Below, in pieces: positions 62,916 through 64,000 of a stretch of 64,000 nt of DNA. The stretch's first letter is position 1. Every line of letters starts with the position of its first letter. A program made the translations under genes and the position numbers. The stretch covers positions 238,634-302,633 of the forward strand of contig JAUJNA010000001.1 in NCBI GenBank assembly GCA_030446555.1, in the 5' to 3' direction. Under the pieces are notes generated by a model. The model saw only the letters and a list, made by a program, of their open reading frames with translations. It made no database searches and was not told the origin of the DNA. Source of the DNA: Chloroflexota bacterium. Its GTDB lineage: Bacteria; Chloroflexota; Limnocylindria; Limnocylindrales; CSP1-4.

Positions 62916-63707
62916 TCAGTAGTCACGGTGATAACCGCCCACCTCGTCCCGGACGATGCGCCCATCCTCCAGCGCCACGACACGTTTCCGGAGCGCGGTC
63001 ACGACCTCGGCGTTGTGCGTCGCCATGAGGACGGTGGTGCCCATCTCGTTGATGCGGAGCAGGAGCTGGATGATCTCCCAGCTGATGAGTGGATCGAGGT
63101 TGCCGGTCGGCTCGTCGGCGATGATGAGCTTGGGATCGTGGATCATGGCGCGAGCGATGGCCGTCCGCTGCAGCTCGCCTCCGGAGAGCTGGGACGGCCG
63201 CTGGTCGGCCTGACCGGTCAAGCCGACCAGAGCGAGGACACGATCGACCGCGGGACCGATCCGGCCGCGCGGCGTCCCGGTGACCTCCAGCGCGAAGCCC
63301 ACGTTCTCCCGGACCGTCTTGCGCGGCAGGAGCCGGAAGTCCTGGAACACGATGCCGATCTGGCGCCTGAGCCGCGGGATGCTCCGTCCCGTGGCACGCG
63401 ACAGCTCGTGGCCCGCGACGAACACCTCGCCGTGCGTCGGCACCTCGTCGCGCACGAGGAGCTTGATCAGCGTGCTCTTGCCTGCGCCGGACGGACCCAC
63501 CAGGAAGACGAAGTCGCCCTCGGGGATCACCAGGTCCACCTCGGAGAGGGCCCGTCGCCCGTTGGGGTAGACCTTGGAGACGTGATGCAGCGCCACCGAG
63601 ATGCGCGGTCGGGGCGGCGCGTCGGGGCGGCGCGTCCGTCGGGGACCGCGATCGAGCGTGCTCTGGACCGGTGTGTCGGCCGAGCGCGGGGCAAGGAGTG
63701 TCGTCAT
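62916..63707 (-). CDS. ftsE: cell division ATP-binding protein FtsE
   Basis: ABC ATPase (…LVGPSGAGKSTLIKLL…LSGGELQRTAIARAMIHDPKLIIADEPTGNLDP…). Start taken at M72 (complement of 63705-63707); the ORF's upstream extension is low-complexity. Confidence 0.88.
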   Translation of the reverse strand: MTTLLAPRSADTPVQSTLDRGPRRTRRPDAPPRPRISVALHHVSKVYPNGRRALSEVDLVIPEGDFVFLVGPSGAGKSTLIKLLVRDEVPTHGEVFVAGHELSRATGRSIPRLRRQIGIVFQDFRLLPRKTVRENVGFALEVTGTPRGRIGPAVDRVLALVGLTGQADQRPSQLSGGELQRTAIARAMIHDPKLIIADEPTGNLDPLISWEIIQLLLRINEMGTTVLMATHNAEVVTALRKRVVALEDGRIVRDEVGGYHRDY

Positions 63708-63926
63708 CGCGAGGCGAACACGCACGGTGCCGGTGCGGCCCACGGCGGGCCGCGACGCGTTGTCTGCATCAGCCCGGGCCTCCTGGTCCGTCCCGACCGC
63801 CCGGGGCCGGGACACGCGTCGCTCGGGCACGGCGAGCAGCTGCTGTCGGTCGAGCGTAGCACAGGGTCGAGGGCGATCCGCGAGACGGTGGTCTCGTTCG
63901 CGAGGGCGGCACGTGGACACGTCAGC

Positions 63927-64000
63927 ATCATGGGATGGCGAAGTTGCCGAGCAGGTAGCGGTCGAAGGCGGGACCCTCCGATGTGGAGCAGTAGAGGGCC
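63927..64000 (-). CDS. 3' end of an unidentified CDS (partial; continues beyond the window)
   Basis: Minus-strand reading …ALYCSTSEGPAFDRYLLGNFAIP* with a stop at the complement of 63927-63929. Only 24 codons are visible. Confidence 0.3.

Overview
This is a high-GC (about 70%) bacterial chromosomal segment that looks like it comes from the Actinomycetota. It spans the chromosomal replication-origin neighbourhood: dnaA-dnaN-recF-DUF721 on the minus strand diverges from rpmH-rnpA-yidD-yidC-jag on the plus strand, and the most likely oriC lies in the 714-bp dnaA-dnaN spacer. Upstream is a 14-gene NADH dehydrogenase (complex I) operon with a non-canonical layout, nuoA-B-C-D-H-I'/E-F-G'-J-K-L-M-N. 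In it a NuoE-like domain is fused to a truncated NuoI, and the canonical 75-kDa NuoG is replaced by a [2Fe-2S]/GltD-like/2x[4Fe-4S] flavoprotein; the NuoE/NuoF/GltD-like trio resembles the input module of Stn/Nfn/HydABC-type NAD(P)H enzymes. The window also carries purH, glpX, folK, otsA/otsB, a divergent ArsR/MFS pair, and a phosphatidylinositol/mannosylation locus. That locus comprises a CDP-alcohol phosphatidyltransferase, ino1, two HtrB-like acyltransferases, a PHP protein, a PimA-like GT4, a giant 1798-aa ORF that joins a GT-C domain to a PMT/GT39-like mannosyltransferase, another GT-C gene, a DUF2723/TMEM260-like protein and a Ppm1-like GT2. Further downstream are a PstP-like membrane PP2C, tmRNA (ssrA) with smpB nearby, an S41 peptidase and ftsEX. 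Several well-conserved genes (nuoC, nuoD, nuoF, the GltD-like gene, the PI-synthase-like gene, a GT-C gene and the DUF2723 gene) carry apparent indels, so the sequence is either error-prone or these genes are decaying. I found no rRNA, tRNA, CRISPR array or mobile element.
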